64,000 nt of DNA from Octopus vulgaris (GCA_951406725.2 OX597816.1:117056001-117120000), one strand, 5' to 3'. Positions 12,865-27,097 are shown, counted from the stretch's first letter. Made by a program: numbers and translations. The notes: generated from the letters alone by a model not told the origin.

Positions 12865-13122
12865 TGGACTCAGCCTTTCTTGAACGACCTGCACAAATGA
12901 TTTGTTTATAGTGAACAAATGTTGGAGTCTCACATTAGCTCACTCTCTCCATCACATCGACGTTGCCTAAACAGGTGCACAGTGTACCAAGCGTCAGGTA
13001 TCGAAGTGACCGCAGAGTAACGTGAGATGGAGTATTTTGCTCAAGAACACAACGTTCCACTCCGTCTAAGAACTGAACTCACGATCACTAGATCGTAAGG
13101 GCAACACACTAACCACTGAGGC

Positions 13123-13125
<3 letters not shown>
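12865..13125 (-). mobile_element. tRNA-derived SINE (family D-like), decayed
   Basis: Minus strand AGTGGTTAG A-box, B-box-like GAGTTCAGTTC, then GTTGTGTTCTTGAGCAAAATAC central motif. Confidence 0.65.
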
Positions 13126-13158
<33 letters not shown>

Positions 13159-13630
13159 ATATATATATATATATATGCACGACGAGCTTCTTTCAGATTC
13201 CGTCTACCAAATCCACTCACAAGGCTTTGGTTGGCGCGAGGATATAGTAGAAGACACTTGCCGAAGGTGCCATGTAGTGGGACTGAACCCGGAACCATGT
13301 GGTTGGGAAGCAAGCTTCTTACCACACAGCTACAACTGCGATATAATTTATAGACTAATATCAGATCAGCTTACATATCAAGCTACATGTGGTGGGGGGC
13401 GGTATTCTAATCTCTAGTCCTGAATACTTAGACTTACTACATACGTTACTGAATATCATATATCAAAAAAAAGCTTTAATCAAAATGTCATGCAAACACA
13501 TTTTATAATGTTGCAGCAAGCAAAGATTAAATAATAAAGGGAGACTACTCTAGGTAAACTTTTCACTTCTCCAGTAACTTATACGAAAATGCGTTATAAC
13601 TGCACTATAAATTATAAAGCAGTGTGTATA

Positions 13631-13991
13631 TTCTTTTATTCTTTTACTTGTTTTAGTCACTTGACTGCGGCCGTGCTGGAGCACTGTCTTTAGTCGAACA
13701 AATCGACCCCAGGACTTATTCTTTGTAAGCCTAATACTAATTCTATCGGTCACTTTTGCCGAATCGCTAACTTACGGAGACGTAAACACACCAACATCGG
13801 TTATCAAGCGATAGTGGGGGGACAAACGCAGACACACAAATACATACATACATATACTCCTTGTTAGTGGATTTTGTAGACGAAAACTGAAAGAAGCCTG
13901 TCGTGAGTGTGTGTGTATGTATGTATGTATATATATATCTATGTATGTATGTATGTATGTATGTATGTATGTATGTATGTATGTATGTATG

Positions 13992-14029
<38 letters not shown>

Positions 14030-14160
14030 ACATGCTTCTTTCAGTTTCCGCCTACCAAATCCACTGACAAGGCTTTGGTCGGCTTGTGGCTACAGTAGAA
14101 GACACTTGTCCAAGGTGCCACGCAGTGGACTGAACCCGGAACCATGTAGTTGGGAAGCAA
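13631..14160 (-). mobile_element. SINE family A (with internal rearrangement)
   Basis: Tail 13631-13850, short inverted body piece 13860-13903, microsatellite, head 14030-14160. Confidence 0.85.
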
Positions 14161-14699
14161 TATACATTATTCGTATTATTTATATATTATATATAAATTT
14201 ATAGATAAACATACATACACACTCATACACACACAGAAACCATAAATGTAAGATATAATAACTATATGTGAGAGAGCGTATTTAAATTTGTATACACACC
14301 CACACAGTAGATATATATAGATATATAGATATATAACTTCACATGGAGATATTTATGCATGTATTTATATAGTATATATATATACTGTATAATGTATGTG
14401 TGCATATGTCAAATGTAAATTATATATGTGAGGTATATGTAATGTGTAAAATAAATATATATTGATATGATTTTTAGACTAATATCAGCTCACGTTAAAC
14501 ATCTGTTATTATATTTCGTAAAATTTGGCTGAGGCTACTAATGTCTAATATTTTGCTAACAAACAAAAAAGATAAATGTAAATATACATAAATATATGTT
14601 TTTGTATGTGTGCATATATATGTATATAAGGTCGTCTCTTCAACTTACCCATTCGAAAGATTTTCAGTCTCCTATTTATGACATCCTTTTATGCAAATG

Positions 14700-15440
14700 A
14701 CCCATGGTCTCTCGAGGTCGACCGATACCTGCTATGCAAATGACTGCGACTTAATTGTTCATACAGTTGAAGATATGCGAATTTTTATGGATCATATTTC
14801 TGCATCTTGGAAGGTATTTGGACTCAGCTGGGTAAAACCGTCGTAATGTTCCAGCCTATACCAGCAAACCTATATATGAAACCATCTATCTTAGTTGAAG
14901 GAACAGTGGTAGGCAAGTTTATCTTAGATGATGAAAAGTTTTTAAGGCTTCAGAAGGTAACTGAATCTTTCAGGGCTCTCGAGTCTCCAGTCTAGTACTC
15001 ACATGCCATCACAAGGTGAACAAAAGTTGCTTTGATCCGTGTGTGTCTTCTGGCGTCCTCCTTTACTTATGTGAGACATGGACCCTTTTCGGGCATCATG
15101 TAAGGGTCCTTGAACGCTCCCATTAGAGATGTCTGAGACACATTCTGAATGTTGATCCTTATAGACTCCAGAGCCAACATCCTAAGCATTGATGTGATGG
15201 TGCACCGTCTACATTGGACTGGTCATCATGCTCCGGTGAATGATCAGAGGTTCCCTGAGCAGATGCTATAAAGAGCAAAAACAAGACTGCGATTTAAGGA
15301 TTGTGTAAAGTTGAAGGCATATGAAATATGAGAGGTTAATTGAGAAAGCAAAGCTTGTCATCGGCTCCAATAAGAGTAGACAATTAAAGAAAAGAGTAAG
15401 TATTTTCGAAAATCAAAAAAAGCATTTCAGTTACCAGGGG
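14700..15440 (+). mobile_element. RTE (BovB/RTE-1-like) reverse transcriptase fossil
   Basis: Frameshifted translation YANDCDLIVHTVEDM...FGLS..KTVVMFQP and CETWTLFGHHVRVLERSH*RCLRHIL match RTE RT motifs. Confidence 0.8.
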
Positions 15441-15532
15441 AATCACAAGTGTAAAGCATAAATTTGTCTGAGCGCACAATGTTTCTAATGGTCAGTGATG
15501 GTCCTTCTTGGTCACGAGTTGACAGCCATCAT

Positions 15533-15590
<58 letters not shown>

Positions 15591-15726
15591 ATGTGTGTGT
15601 ATGTGTGTCTGTGTGTGTGTGTGTGTGTATGTGTGTATTCTGCTCACCTAATTTTGATCAGCTGCTGAATGAGGCCTCAACCAATATATATCTTAAGTGT
15701 TCTTGTATGCATGCGAGTATGTATGC

Positions 15727-15759
<33 letters not shown>

Positions 15760-16699
15760 TGTGTGTATGTGTGTATGTATGTATGTATGTATGTATGCAT
15801 GTATGTATGTATTGTGTACGTATGTATTATGTATGTATGTATAGAACTGTGTGTGTTGGTGGGGTACATATATGCATGTATGTACGTACGTGTGTGTATA
15901 TATGCGTGTATGTGTATACAGGCACACTCAAGTATATTTATTCCCAGTAGACCCACCAGTCTTCCGTAATCTTCTCCTTGCTTTCTCTCATTACAGCGTG
16001 AGGAACTTTAGCAGTATAAGGAAGATATGTAACTCCTCGGGCGTATTGAGGACAAATTAAATGAGGGAGCTCTGAGCTCTTCAGTCGTAATGAGGACCAA
16101 TTAAATGAGGGAGCTCTGAATAAAATTATGCATGGTAGAGACTTTGACTTGAAGTGAAGAGAACCAGTTTAGGAGAGTACAACCAGTTAATAAAATCTAC
16201 ACACGTAAACTCCGCAAGCCACGCTGAAGGCAGCTCATCTAAAAAAGCAATTACTTTATATTAAAACAGACAAAGAATACAGGGGGGTTAGTCATGACAA
16301 ACAACCTTTCTTGTACTTATGGTACAATATGGTACCCCCAGTACATGCTAAAAAGGGATATGATATAGGAAGTACATTCAGTCAATAAAGTAATGCCAAT
16401 TTACGGAAGTTACAAGAACAATTAAACCTTATTTGGGTATACAGAACTATCACTTATCGTTTTTGCCTTCAGTAATGGGATGGCCAGGTTGGAACAAATG
16501 GTCGTGTGTGAAAAACCTTTTGATTGTCATCAAACGATTAAATCAACTCTCTTACATTTAGGGGCAGATAGTGGATATTAAGTAGATTATGCACCACAAA
16601 AAACTGTTCTCTTCTCGTCAGATGCGAAACTTTTGTGTTGGTCATAAACAATCGCACGATTGGAGATATTGTATTTGTTGATACTAGAGCGGAGGCTTA

Positions 16700-17950
16700 T
16701 AGATGTATGTTGTGCGCAAGAGATAAGGTGGAGTAGAGTCTCAGCCTAATTCGTTGGGAGTAATGAACACGTATACACATTTTGAGGGCAGGTAACAGAT
16801 GGAGTGGGTATATAGCTAGCATTGAAGTGGATAAAGTAACTGAGATAGCTGAAGTATGTGATAGAATGATTAAATCTAAATTCATCAAATGCAACACGAC
16901 AACAGTAACTTCTGCACCACAGTCACGACTTTCTATGAGGCTCTCTTGCATATTACCGTGATAACTGGTGACAGCGACCTTGTTATGATAGTTAATGACT
17001 TTAATGGGAAAATGTTGAGCAATACTATAATGGCTACTTCAGTGTATATGGAGATTTTGGGCATAGAATAAGGAATGAAAAAAGAAAAGATCAAGAATAT
17101 TGGAGTCCTGTAACATAAATGAGCTAGCTATTGGCAACATTAACTTCTGAAAACTTACCACCATCCCAATCTCCTGTGAATCAAGGAAACATACAAGCCA
17201 GATAGATTTTATATTAGAATAGAGTATGTAACTGCATGTAGAAACTAAATTCTTCCCCAGTGAAAATGCATTATTCAGTATAGACTTATGGTCAACGACT
17301 TCAGGGTAAGAGTTCGACGGACTCGAAGACACAAGGAATCTTAATTAGAAAGGAATAAAATCTGAAAGATTCTTCGGCCAGCAATGATTTCAAAGAAATA
17401 CTACTTGATACGTGTGAGAAGAAGTAGATAGATACTTATAACATAGAGGGCAAATGGTAATTTCTACGAGACAACCTGCCGCTAACCACAGAATAAATCT
17501 GTTGGTGGAGCAAGATTCCAGCCAGCTGAAAGGATAAAATTGATAGACTGTGATTAATCAGAAAAGCCAAAAGGCAAACTCCGAATGAAAGGTGGATACA
17601 AGCAAAAATATTAGGTAGCTAGAAGATAAGCTAAATGTCAGGTTTACAGTATAAGGAAAGAAACTGAATGAAAGGTGTTTACAAATGTTCTAAGACAAGA
17701 AAAAGTGTCATCCCCATTGACTGTCTTGACAGTATCATCATGAACTTATATAAGCTCAAAGGAAATACTTTAGAAAGAATCAACCTAATGGGCCGAGTTC
17801 AGAAAATAGTAAACTTAAACACAATCGAGAAATTAGATGAGATAATGTTGTTGGGGTTTCAGTTAGGACGAAAAACCACTCCTTACTTCATTCAGAAGAT
17901 GAGACTGAGAAGATTTTAGAAAAGTTATAGCTCCAAATTAAAGAAAGACA
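16700..17950 (+). mobile_element. RTE LINE AP-endonuclease/linker fossil
   Basis: Fragments VDKVTEIAEVCDRMIK, NDFNG, QIDFIL and PSE(N/C)..QYRLMVNDF correspond to APE motifs GDFNG, QIDYIL and QHRL. Confidence 0.7.
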
Positions 17951-18044
17951 ACTAACGAAAAAATATAGAGAAATCTTTAATAAAAAAAAATAGATTAAAT
18001 TCGAACACAATCATGTGATCAATGTTTGAAAGAAAGTTTGTTCT

Positions 18045-18049
<5 letters not shown>

Positions 18050-18107
<58 letters not shown>

Positions 18108-18113
18108 ACATAC

Positions 18114-18145
<32 letters not shown>

Positions 18146-18175
18146 TATATATCATTTATATATATATATACAAAC

Positions 18176-18239
<64 letters not shown>

Positions 18240-18291
18240 TTGTATATATATAAATGTTTGTATATATATATATATGTATATATATATCTAT

Positions 18292-18389
<98 letters not shown>

Positions 18390-18390
18390 G
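18050..18390. repeat. Long imperfect (TA)n
   Basis: About 340 bp of TA repeats. Confidence 0.95.
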
Positions 18391-18574
18391 TAAATGTACG
18401 CGTGTGTGTCTGTGTGTCTGTCTGTCTGTATAACTCATCGACAATACAGAGAAGCTTACATTACCGATTCTACACATTTCAATTTCTCAGTCATTTATTG
18501 ATTGAACATTTTAATGTTTACCTTTTACCACCTGAATAAATCCTAAGACACACACAATATGTATGTGTGCATGC

Positions 18575-18624
<50 letters not shown>

Positions 18625-19244
18625 CCACATAAAGGACCCTGCTGAAAAAAATATCCATAGAAATTTCCCTCTTTCAATGGCATGAAATCTCTTACATATA
18701 GCATATGACATCGTAAGAAATGCAAACATAGGAAATACCCTATAAGTGGAATGAGGGTAAAAACTAGAACCATATAAATATTAACAAAACTTGCGAACTG
18801 GTAATGGTGTGATATACACATTACTACTCTTTGTATTCACCGGAGTGAATCATAGAATTACAGACTCCCTGTGGATAAGCGTAAATGACAGAGACGGAAA
18901 AGTGGGAACAGAGAGACATCTCAACAAACAGTGATATATACGCACGTACATACATACACGCGCGCGCGTGTATATAAATATGTGTATGTATATACATATA
19001 TACATTATATATAGAGAGAGAACACATATTTCTATGCTTGCACATTTACTTATGCATTATGTATATGCGCGTGCATACGTATACATACGTACATATATAC
19101 ATAACATGCATGCATACATACATACATACATACATACATACATACATACATACATACATACATACATACATACATACATACATACATACGTTTATTAATC
19201 AACTTATCACCTCCCTGAAGTTGCTGACCTTGCGTCAAAATTTG

Positions 19245-19331
<87 letters not shown>

Positions 19332-19332
<1 letters not shown>

Positions 19333-19530
19333 GGCAGCGAGCTGGCAGAATCGTTAGCATGCTGGATGAAACGCTCAGCGGTGTTTCGCCCGTCGCTATG
19401 TTCTGAGTTCAAATTCCGCCGAGGTCGACTTTACCTTTCATTCTTTCAGGGTCGATAAATTAAGTACCAGTGAAACACTGAGGTCGATGTAATCGACTAG
19501 TCCTCTCCCTCCTAAATTTCAGACCTTGTG
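19332..19530 (+). mobile_element. SINE family C, well preserved
   Basis: GGCAGCGAGCTGGCAGAATCGTTAGC...GAGTTCAAATTCCGCCGAGGTCGAC (B-box), directly after a (TTA)n tract. Confidence 0.9.
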
Positions 19531-19539
19531 TGAATCAGT

Positions 19540-20830
19540 TTGAATACTAAAGTCCCAAACGACGATGATGTCTATTTTCTAATACTTTGGCATGTTTATG
19601 TTCCCGCCAATTCTTCTCAAATGGGTGTTCAAATTGACAGCATATGATCCAATGCAAATACTGACTAGGTCTATCACGGTAATTAATGTACTTAGGTGAG
19701 GCTAACATAGAGCGTCCAGGGATGAGGCGGTCAATAGTTTCTCTGATTGTACCACAAAAGTGGAAGGTAGGATCAGCACTATTTTTCAGAATGTTGGTTT
19801 GGTAGTTGCTGGTGGGTGGACACTGATCCTGAGCTACTATGAGTGGGTACTGAAAAGTTATAGACATAGAAGGTGTAGATGTATTCAGTATTGATGGATG
19901 CTAGCATTTTATACACGGCTATAAAGCATGCTATTGGCGGAAGTTTGGTTGGTTATTAGCTACGTCACTTTTGGGGAGTATGTTACTCCATTTACCAGCC
20001 TGGGAGGAATTTTCCTGGGGTTATGCATAATGTTATTGCAGAGGTGTATCAAGCTCTCATGGGAGTGAGGGAGATCATTCAACCAGATGTTAAGGATTTT
20101 ATCTTTACCTGGTGATTTCCATTTACTATATTTTCTTAGTGCAGTGCTGAAATCTTCATCAAAGATATCTTTCCATATTTACTCTTTAATATTTTCAGAA
20201 TCGCTGACTTGTTGATGAATGCAGAGAAAATCACAATTGTGTCTTGGAGGGGATCGACTCGATTGATTTCCAAAACTTTTATACTTCCTCCTTGATAATC
20301 ATGGTTTTAATATTGATATTAGGTCTTGCAATGTTCCTATGAAATCTTTCAGGATTGTTTTGGAACATACTATTATTTTTGAAAAAAAGTTTGATCTTTT
20401 CTCGATTCTCTATATATGTGCTGCTTTGGCTTGGATAATTTGCTTGATATTTTGGGGATTGCTTCATCGATTTCACATCCTTTTTATATCATATTTTCTT
20501 TTCAGCTCCTTAGCGTTTGGCTAAAAAGCTGAAAATTTTTTCTCTCTTTGCTCTTGATGTTCTTGAGTATTTCAATATCAGATCTGAGTATATTAATTTT
20601 ATTTCTAATTCTCTTTTGTAATGCTGGTTTTCTGTTTATGTTTTTCATTTATATCTTTCTCATTGCTTGAATACCACGCAATGCAATGGTTATTAAGGCC
20701 GCAACAAGATGGGATCTACTTCATTTTCATCCAAGATGGATTTTATAATTTCGTTTACCTTGCCTATTATTCTATCCTTTTGTACTGAGTTGTGAATCTT
20801 GGGAAGATCATTGCAATCTCTGTTCGATGT
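19540..20830 (-). mobile_element. Internally deleted Dong/R4-like (RLE) non-LTR retrotransposon
   Basis: AQDQCPPTSNY...ETIDRLIPG..LA...YLHWIIC (decayed CCHC knuckle region) plus an upstream N-terminal piece KNNSMFQNNPERFHR. Confidence 0.75.
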
Positions 20831-21694
20831 TTGGCCCTCAAACCACTTTCTCTTACTCTTTTACTTGTTTCAAATCAACCCCAGGACTTATTCTTTGTAA
20901 ACCTAGTACTTATTCTATCGGTCTCTTTTGCCGAACCGCTAAGTTACAGGGACATAAACACACCACCATCGATTGTCAAGCGATGTTGGGGGAACAAACA
21001 CAGACACACAAACAAATACACATAAATATGTGCCAACAGTGGAACATCTACATAGTTGCTCAGCCAGCTAAAATTAGAAGCAAAATTTTTCTTCAAAAAT
21101 ATCCTACTATCTTTAAAAATCTACATTAGATGACGAAGTATTAGATATACGATGTCCTCAGATAACACCTCTTTGATCATAAATCTACCCAACGGGGGCT
21201 GACCTTGGGCTAAACAACAATAGCACATACAAACATACATATAAAGTCCTTCGCTTTACGATCCATTTTTCCAACTTGGCATAGGTTGGATGGGTCTGCT
21301 GCATTGCACACATTATTATTTCTTTTGACCGTACCATAGCCTTTTATAACACTCTCTACTGTCATGTATCGTACTTTTTTACCCAGCATTTAATATCTTT
21401 TTGTTTTGCATCGTTAAACTAACACGATTATTTTTTCTGGTTTACATCAGCAGGTACTTTTAACGCTTGATTACTTTATCAGTTCACCTGTCTCCCACCT
21501 TTCATGTAAATTAACATTATATTAACTCCAAATTTTAGAACAAGGCTTGCTGGTACTTATTTTATCGACTCCGTAAGGATGGAAGGCAAAGTCGACCTCA
21601 GCGGAATTTGAACTCAGAGTGTAAAGACAGACGAAATGCCGCTAAGCATTTTGCCCAGCACGCTACTGATTCTGCAAGCTCATTATATTACTGT

Positions 21695-22015
21695 CAAGCA
21701 AGGTATTATCCCACCGAAGTGGGATGCGAAGGGTTTGCAGGTCAGCCCCTAATCTACACAGCTCACAGTACGCTTGGCATCACAGGGGCCAGTAAGTGGA
21801 ACGCCATCAGGTGGGTTGTGGAAACAGCAAAGCTTGCCTCAAGGTGACTGTGGATCAAGAAGTACAAACCCTGAAAGGGCAAGTACGACCAGATGTAGTG
21901 CTAACTGGACACAAACTGAGGTCTGGTCAACCCCAGCTAGATTACAGGGTCAGAATATCCGATGTTGAAAGACCCGAAACACCTAATGACTCTAGGAAAT
22001 ATCACAGGGTGATAA
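21695..22015 (+). mobile_element. Hero-like (RLE) non-LTR retrotransposon 3' end
   Basis: PTEVGCEGFAGQ...LGITG...AKLASR*LWIK matches the P.EVGCRGF...ASRWLWI C-terminus; 3' UTR GATGTTGAAAGACCCGAAACACC. Confidence 0.75.
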
Positions 22016-22442
22016 AAACTGCTATTTGGATTACTGAACCCAGTCAAACATAAGTTTAGAACGTAAACGGACGGAACTAAAAGCTGTCAGACATTTAAAC
22101 TAGTATTGTACCAAATCAGCACCTCCAACTTAATAAAAGAAAAAATTACCGTTATTATCGTCATTATTTAGAATTTAACATTATTTTTATAATATTTCCA
22201 TAACTTTTCATAAATAAAAAGGAATTTTGTTTGTTTCCAAATAATGGTACAGAAATATTTATAAAAGAAATAAGGATAAAACTTTGTGTGTATGTATGCT
22301 GCTGTGTGTGAGTGTGTGCTTTGTGTATGTATTTTGTGTGTGTGTGTGCGTCATGAGTGCAACAGTGAGTGAGTGGGAGGCTGTATATATAATTACTAAT
22401 TCAATTTAAAATAAATTTGGGAACAAGTTCGTTCGTAAAATA

Positions 22443-22477
22443 TTTCACTGAAGTAGACTGTTTGGAAACTGGTGAAA
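22443..22477 (+). ncRNA. Possible decayed hammerhead relic
   Basis: TTTCA-CTGAAGT-AGACTGTTTG-GAAAC-TGG-TGAAA; stem I TTTCA/TGAAA, but the NUH triplet and stem II loop are damaged. Confidence 0.3.
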
Positions 22478-22532
22478 AAATCCCCAAAGTATCTCTTGAT
22501 GAATTATTTCTCTGTTGTGTGAGGGTATGTAG

Positions 22533-22604
<72 letters not shown>

Positions 22605-23439
22605 ATGTATATAATCACTAGTTTAGAAAACAATAATATTTTAGGATAGAATTTGCAACCAAAATAAATTTTCCATTTCAAACATTATAATTTCACTTTT
22701 TGTTTAAATCAATAATACACATGTAAATATAATTTTTGAATGCTATCTAAGAAATCAAAGTCAAAAAATGCTTTACTTATGTATTTATTGATTCATTTCT
22801 TCTTCGCTTTTATTTATTTTTTTTTAACCTTATTGCTAGAAATATAAAAGGTAAATGGTAATAAATTGAATAGTTGTACACAAGAGTTTAGAAATATAGT
22901 CAGCTCATAAATAAAATGCAGAGTAAAATATTACATTCATAAGAGATATTTCTCACAACTTTGAAATGTATTAAATTTTAAAGTTGTGCAACATCTCAAA
23001 ATTTTAATATCAAAATAATTAATTACTTTAATTCTATCGCTATTTTTTCTTCATACTTTTAGCTTGAAGATGAATTTAATGAATATATAATTTGTAAATA
23101 TATTCAAATGACAAATTTTATTCCCCCATATGCCAAAGTACTATCTATATTCTCTGTGGCTGAAAACAGACCAACAAGCGATTTAATGTCTTTGACAGAA
23201 GATATCGCCTATAAACTTATGTAAACGGCATGGAGTATCTTATAAAATAGGGTGTAAAATATTTGTTTAAATGCATCGTGTTCTATTCGGAATAAAATTG
23301 TTATCTCATTGATATGCAAATTAAAGGGGACTGTTAATTTCGACCTGGCTAAAGCTGTAACAGTTTAAGAAAATTTGAGGAAACTAACAGAGGCCCTAGT
23401 AATAAATATTGTTACGTCAGAACTCATATGAACCGTATT

Positions 23440-24760
23440 CAACAGCCGAATCAGTAGATTTGCTTTTAACAGATTTTCTTTCAAGATGAAATCAACTCTT
23501 GTAGTGTTCCACTCTGCTATGATACATATGATTGAAGGTTTGTAAATCGCGTTTGTAGTTGTTGACCATTATCAGAGTTCTCTGAGTCATACATAGAATA
23601 TTGCAATTATGAACAAACAATTTTAAAATAATGTAGAAACATAGGTGTGAAAGCGAATTCAAGAAAAATATCAGTTATGCGTTGACCAAATAAAATACTT
23701 TGAACATCTAGCTGAAGAATTAAAATCACTTGTTGCTACTCATGCTTTACAACCGTTTATTGATGATAACGGAATCAGACTTCTATTGGACCAAGTTTAT
23801 CTCTCAATCTGTCAGAGAATCTTTGAGGAAATTTGTAGAGAGGTGTACATGGGCTAAAGTAAAGCAAAAAGTATGACAGTGTCATAGTTTTTGTTGTCGA
23901 GTTACTTTGATATACAATATCTGAACTAATATCTATAGATGCAAGCAAATTCTCATTTGGTGCTCTTCTAACACAAGAGCATCATCCAATTCTATATGTA
24001 TCTATATCATTGACTCTGGCACAGCAACAATGGAACCAAATGACAAAAAGAGTCAAGAGTGATAGTCTCTGGCCACTTTTATGAGTATGGTGCATCTTTC
24101 TTAGTATAAATAAGTCATAAACTTTTGATTACCATCTTGAGAAAAGTACTTTACAAAACTTCTCCGAAGTTTAAGACTGTGAATAGATTTTGGAATTATG
24201 ATTGCACTATGAAATATGTAAAGTTAGAAAGACTGAAACATTATGGATGTACTGAACCGTACAATGCGTAACTGATCTTCCACTTGTGATACGGTCAATA
24301 TCATGTATGAAACTGGTTTGTTGCCAATACTTCAACTGAGTGATGTAAAAATTGGTGAATTGCAGCTGAGACAGCTAATGTTAGTCAATTGGCTAAATTA
24401 CGACAAAATATGGAACAAAGCTGACCTCAGAAACCGATGTCTTTCACCAGTGTCTCTGGAAATGCAAAGATAAGTTAACACATGTCTAGGGAGTACGATT
24501 CAAAATCATCAAAGTTATTATTTCACGAGCAATGAGATTGTAATTGTATAACCGTACACAAGTGACATTTCGATCGTTCACTGCTCCTAAAGAGAGCAAG
24601 AAAGCCACTACATTGGTTTGGAATGTCAGTTGAAGAAACGATCAAAAGGAAACATTTGGCTTAGTACCATTGTCGGAGTTATCTTGATCAACTGTCGGGG
24701 TAGATTTGTTTCGAGACAACTTCCGCTTTCTCATTCTTGCAAATGAATTTACTGTAGCTT
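23440..24760 (+). mobile_element. Ty3/Gypsy pol fossil (RT/RNase H)
   Basis: IDASKFSFGALLTQEHHPILYVSISLTLAQQQW from 23935 is the Gypsy RNase H DAS..G.GA.L.Q motif; upstream VFHSAMIHMIEGL is RT-like. Confidence 0.75.
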
Positions 24761-25227
24761 ACGACTGTTTTGCCTTTTGTTCCAGCAGTTTATTATAGTC
24801 AGTTAACTCACTGCAATTATTTTAAATCCAGGCACGTTTTGAAGTAATACAAATTCTGGTTAGCAAATAAGAAAAGTATGTGCGACAGACATTCTAATAA
24901 AAACAAAAAGGGGATGTAATAAGAGTTGCCTTTCTTTATATGTAGTGTATACTATGTATGCATGTATGTATATAAAATAGTAAACTGTTTATAAAGTAGT
25001 AAACTGTTTATAAAACAGTAAACTCTTTTTCTCAACATTCTCGGAGGCCCCCCAAAAATGAAAGGTCATTAATGCTGTTAGTGTTTTCTGTGCGTTTGTG
25101 CATGAGCACACATTTTACCATTAGCGAACAAAGGAAAACAATGTGTGCACATAAGGTTTTGAAGATAGCAAATTCTTAAAGATAAAAGCTGGCCTACAGT
25201 ACGATTCAACAAAGAAGCTGCCAATAA

Positions 25228-25880
25228 TGATTTCTAATATTGGCACAATGCCAATAATTTTAAGGGGAAGCATATTACTGATACCATCGATTCCAATTCT
25301 TGACTGGTACCTCATTATATCGAAACGATGAATGGTAACGTTGACTTTGGTGGGATTTGAAATCAGAAGATAAAGAGCCATAGGAAATACCGCAAAGCAT
25401 TTATTCCGATGCTCTGACTGTTCTGCCAACTCACTACCTTAAAGAAATCTTTAATAATAATTTTTTCTACTAAAAGGCACAAGGCCTGAAATTTTATATG
25501 GTAGGGCCAGTTAATTACATTGACCGCAGAGCTCAAATGCTACTTATTTTATCGACTCCGATTTATAAAAAGCTAAGTCGGCTTCAGTGGAGTATGAATT
25601 CAGAACGTAGTGACAGACGAAATGCCGTTAAGCATTTTGTCTGGCGTACTAACGACTCTGCTAGCTTACCACCTTAAAGGAGCATTTTTATAATCTTTTC
25701 TACTATAGGCACAAGGCCTGAAATTTTAGCAGGGGTTAGTCGATTACATCGATTCCAATACTTAACTGGCATTTATTTTATCAACCCTGAAAGGATGAAA
25801 GGCAAAGTTAACCTCAGTGGAATTTGAGTTCAGAACGTAAACACGAACGTAAGCATTTTTTCGGACGTACAAATGATTCT
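25228..25880 (-). mobile_element. Three head-to-tail SINE family C copies
   Basis: Units at about 25228-25440, 25460-25675 and 25692-25880, same orientation, followed by (AAT)n. Confidence 0.8.
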
Positions 25881-25929
25881 TAAAGGAGCATCTTACAACA
25901 ACAACAACAGCAATAATTAGAATAAAAAT

Positions 25930-26053
<124 letters not shown>

Positions 26054-26143
26054 CAGTTTTACGAATTCTAAAGTATGCAAATTATATTAAATTACAGCTT
26101 GGATCTCGATCTCAATTACTGCTTTTATCTTAATGCTTAAATC

Positions 26144-26189
<46 letters not shown>

Positions 26190-26418
26190 CATAGGGATTT
26201 TTAGACACTTTGTCAAAGGTTGGTTTCACAATTTAATGCAGCAATCTCACCCAATGCGAGAGGGTTCCTCACTCCTCCTCTTCGTAGGCGCGTGACCTGC
26301 TAGAAATAACAGTAAATCTTCGCAAAATAATACCCAGCACTCTTTAAAAAAAGAAGTACGTGTTAGATAAAGTAATCCTAGAAATGCTGTGTCCAAAACA
26401 ATGGGCCCATGTTAACTC

Positions 26419-26515
<97 letters not shown>

Positions 26516-26593
26516 AAGAAATGGAGCAATAATTAACAATGAGAAGTGGATCATTGGTGTTTTAAAGTGATTGTTTAATTAAATTAGGAGTAT

Positions 26594-26670
26594 GTTTACA
26601 GCTGTTTCTATTTATCAAAATGGGGTAAATTTGCATTTACCTCGTTACAATTGATAAACATCTTCAGAAC
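26594..26670 (-). ncRNA. Type-I minimal hammerhead ribozyme, intact core
   Basis: Minus: GTT-CTGAAGA-TGTTTATCAA...GGTAAAT GCAA ATTTACC...TTGATAAATA-GAAAC-AGCT-GTA-AAC; 10-bp stem II plus a 7-bp GNRA-capped extension. Confidence 0.85.
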
Positions 26671-26727
26671 GATTATATGGCAAAGATAAAATAGAAGGAA
26701 AAAAAGGAAAAGTGTTCGTTAAAGCAT

Positions 26728-26788
<61 letters not shown>

Positions 26789-26792
<4 letters not shown>

Positions 26793-27091
26793 AGGCGCAA
26801 TGGCCTAGTGGTTAGGGCAGCGGACTCGCGGTCGTAGGATCGCGGTTTCGATTCCCAGACCGGGCGTTGTGAGTGTTTATTGAGCGAAAAACACCTAAAG
26901 CTCCACGAGGCTCTGGCAAGGGGTGGTGGCGATCCCTGCTGTACTCTTTCGCCACAACTTTCTCTCACTCTTTCTTCTGTTGGCCTGCTCGCTTAGCCAG
27001 CGGGGTGGCGTCATTTGAAGGGTAAAACAATGCGAAGCGCATTGTGACCAGCTGATGTGTAGCAACATCTGATAGCCTGGTCGGTCACGTG

Positions 27092-27097
<6 letters not shown>
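26789..27097 (+). mobile_element. tRNA-derived SINE family B, full length
   Basis: GGAGGCGCAATGGCCTAGTGGTTAGGGCAGCGGACTCGCGGTCG...GGTTTCGATTCCC; ends CACGTGACGTGA; lies between (TG)n and (TA)n. Confidence 0.92.

Noticed and set aside
15945-16460. Possible solo LTR (TGTAAC, AATAAA, short direct repeat)
   Set aside because: No second LTR, PBS/PPT or TSD could be identified
21955-21985. CCGATGTTGAAAGACCCGAAAC as a hammerhead
   Set aside because: Core lacks A9 and there is no stem II pairing; part of the Hero-like 3' UTR
26789-26865. tRNA-like sequence (also at 9233 and 12568)
   Set aside because: No proper acceptor stem or terminator; it continues into a shared ~230-nt body, so it is a SINE head
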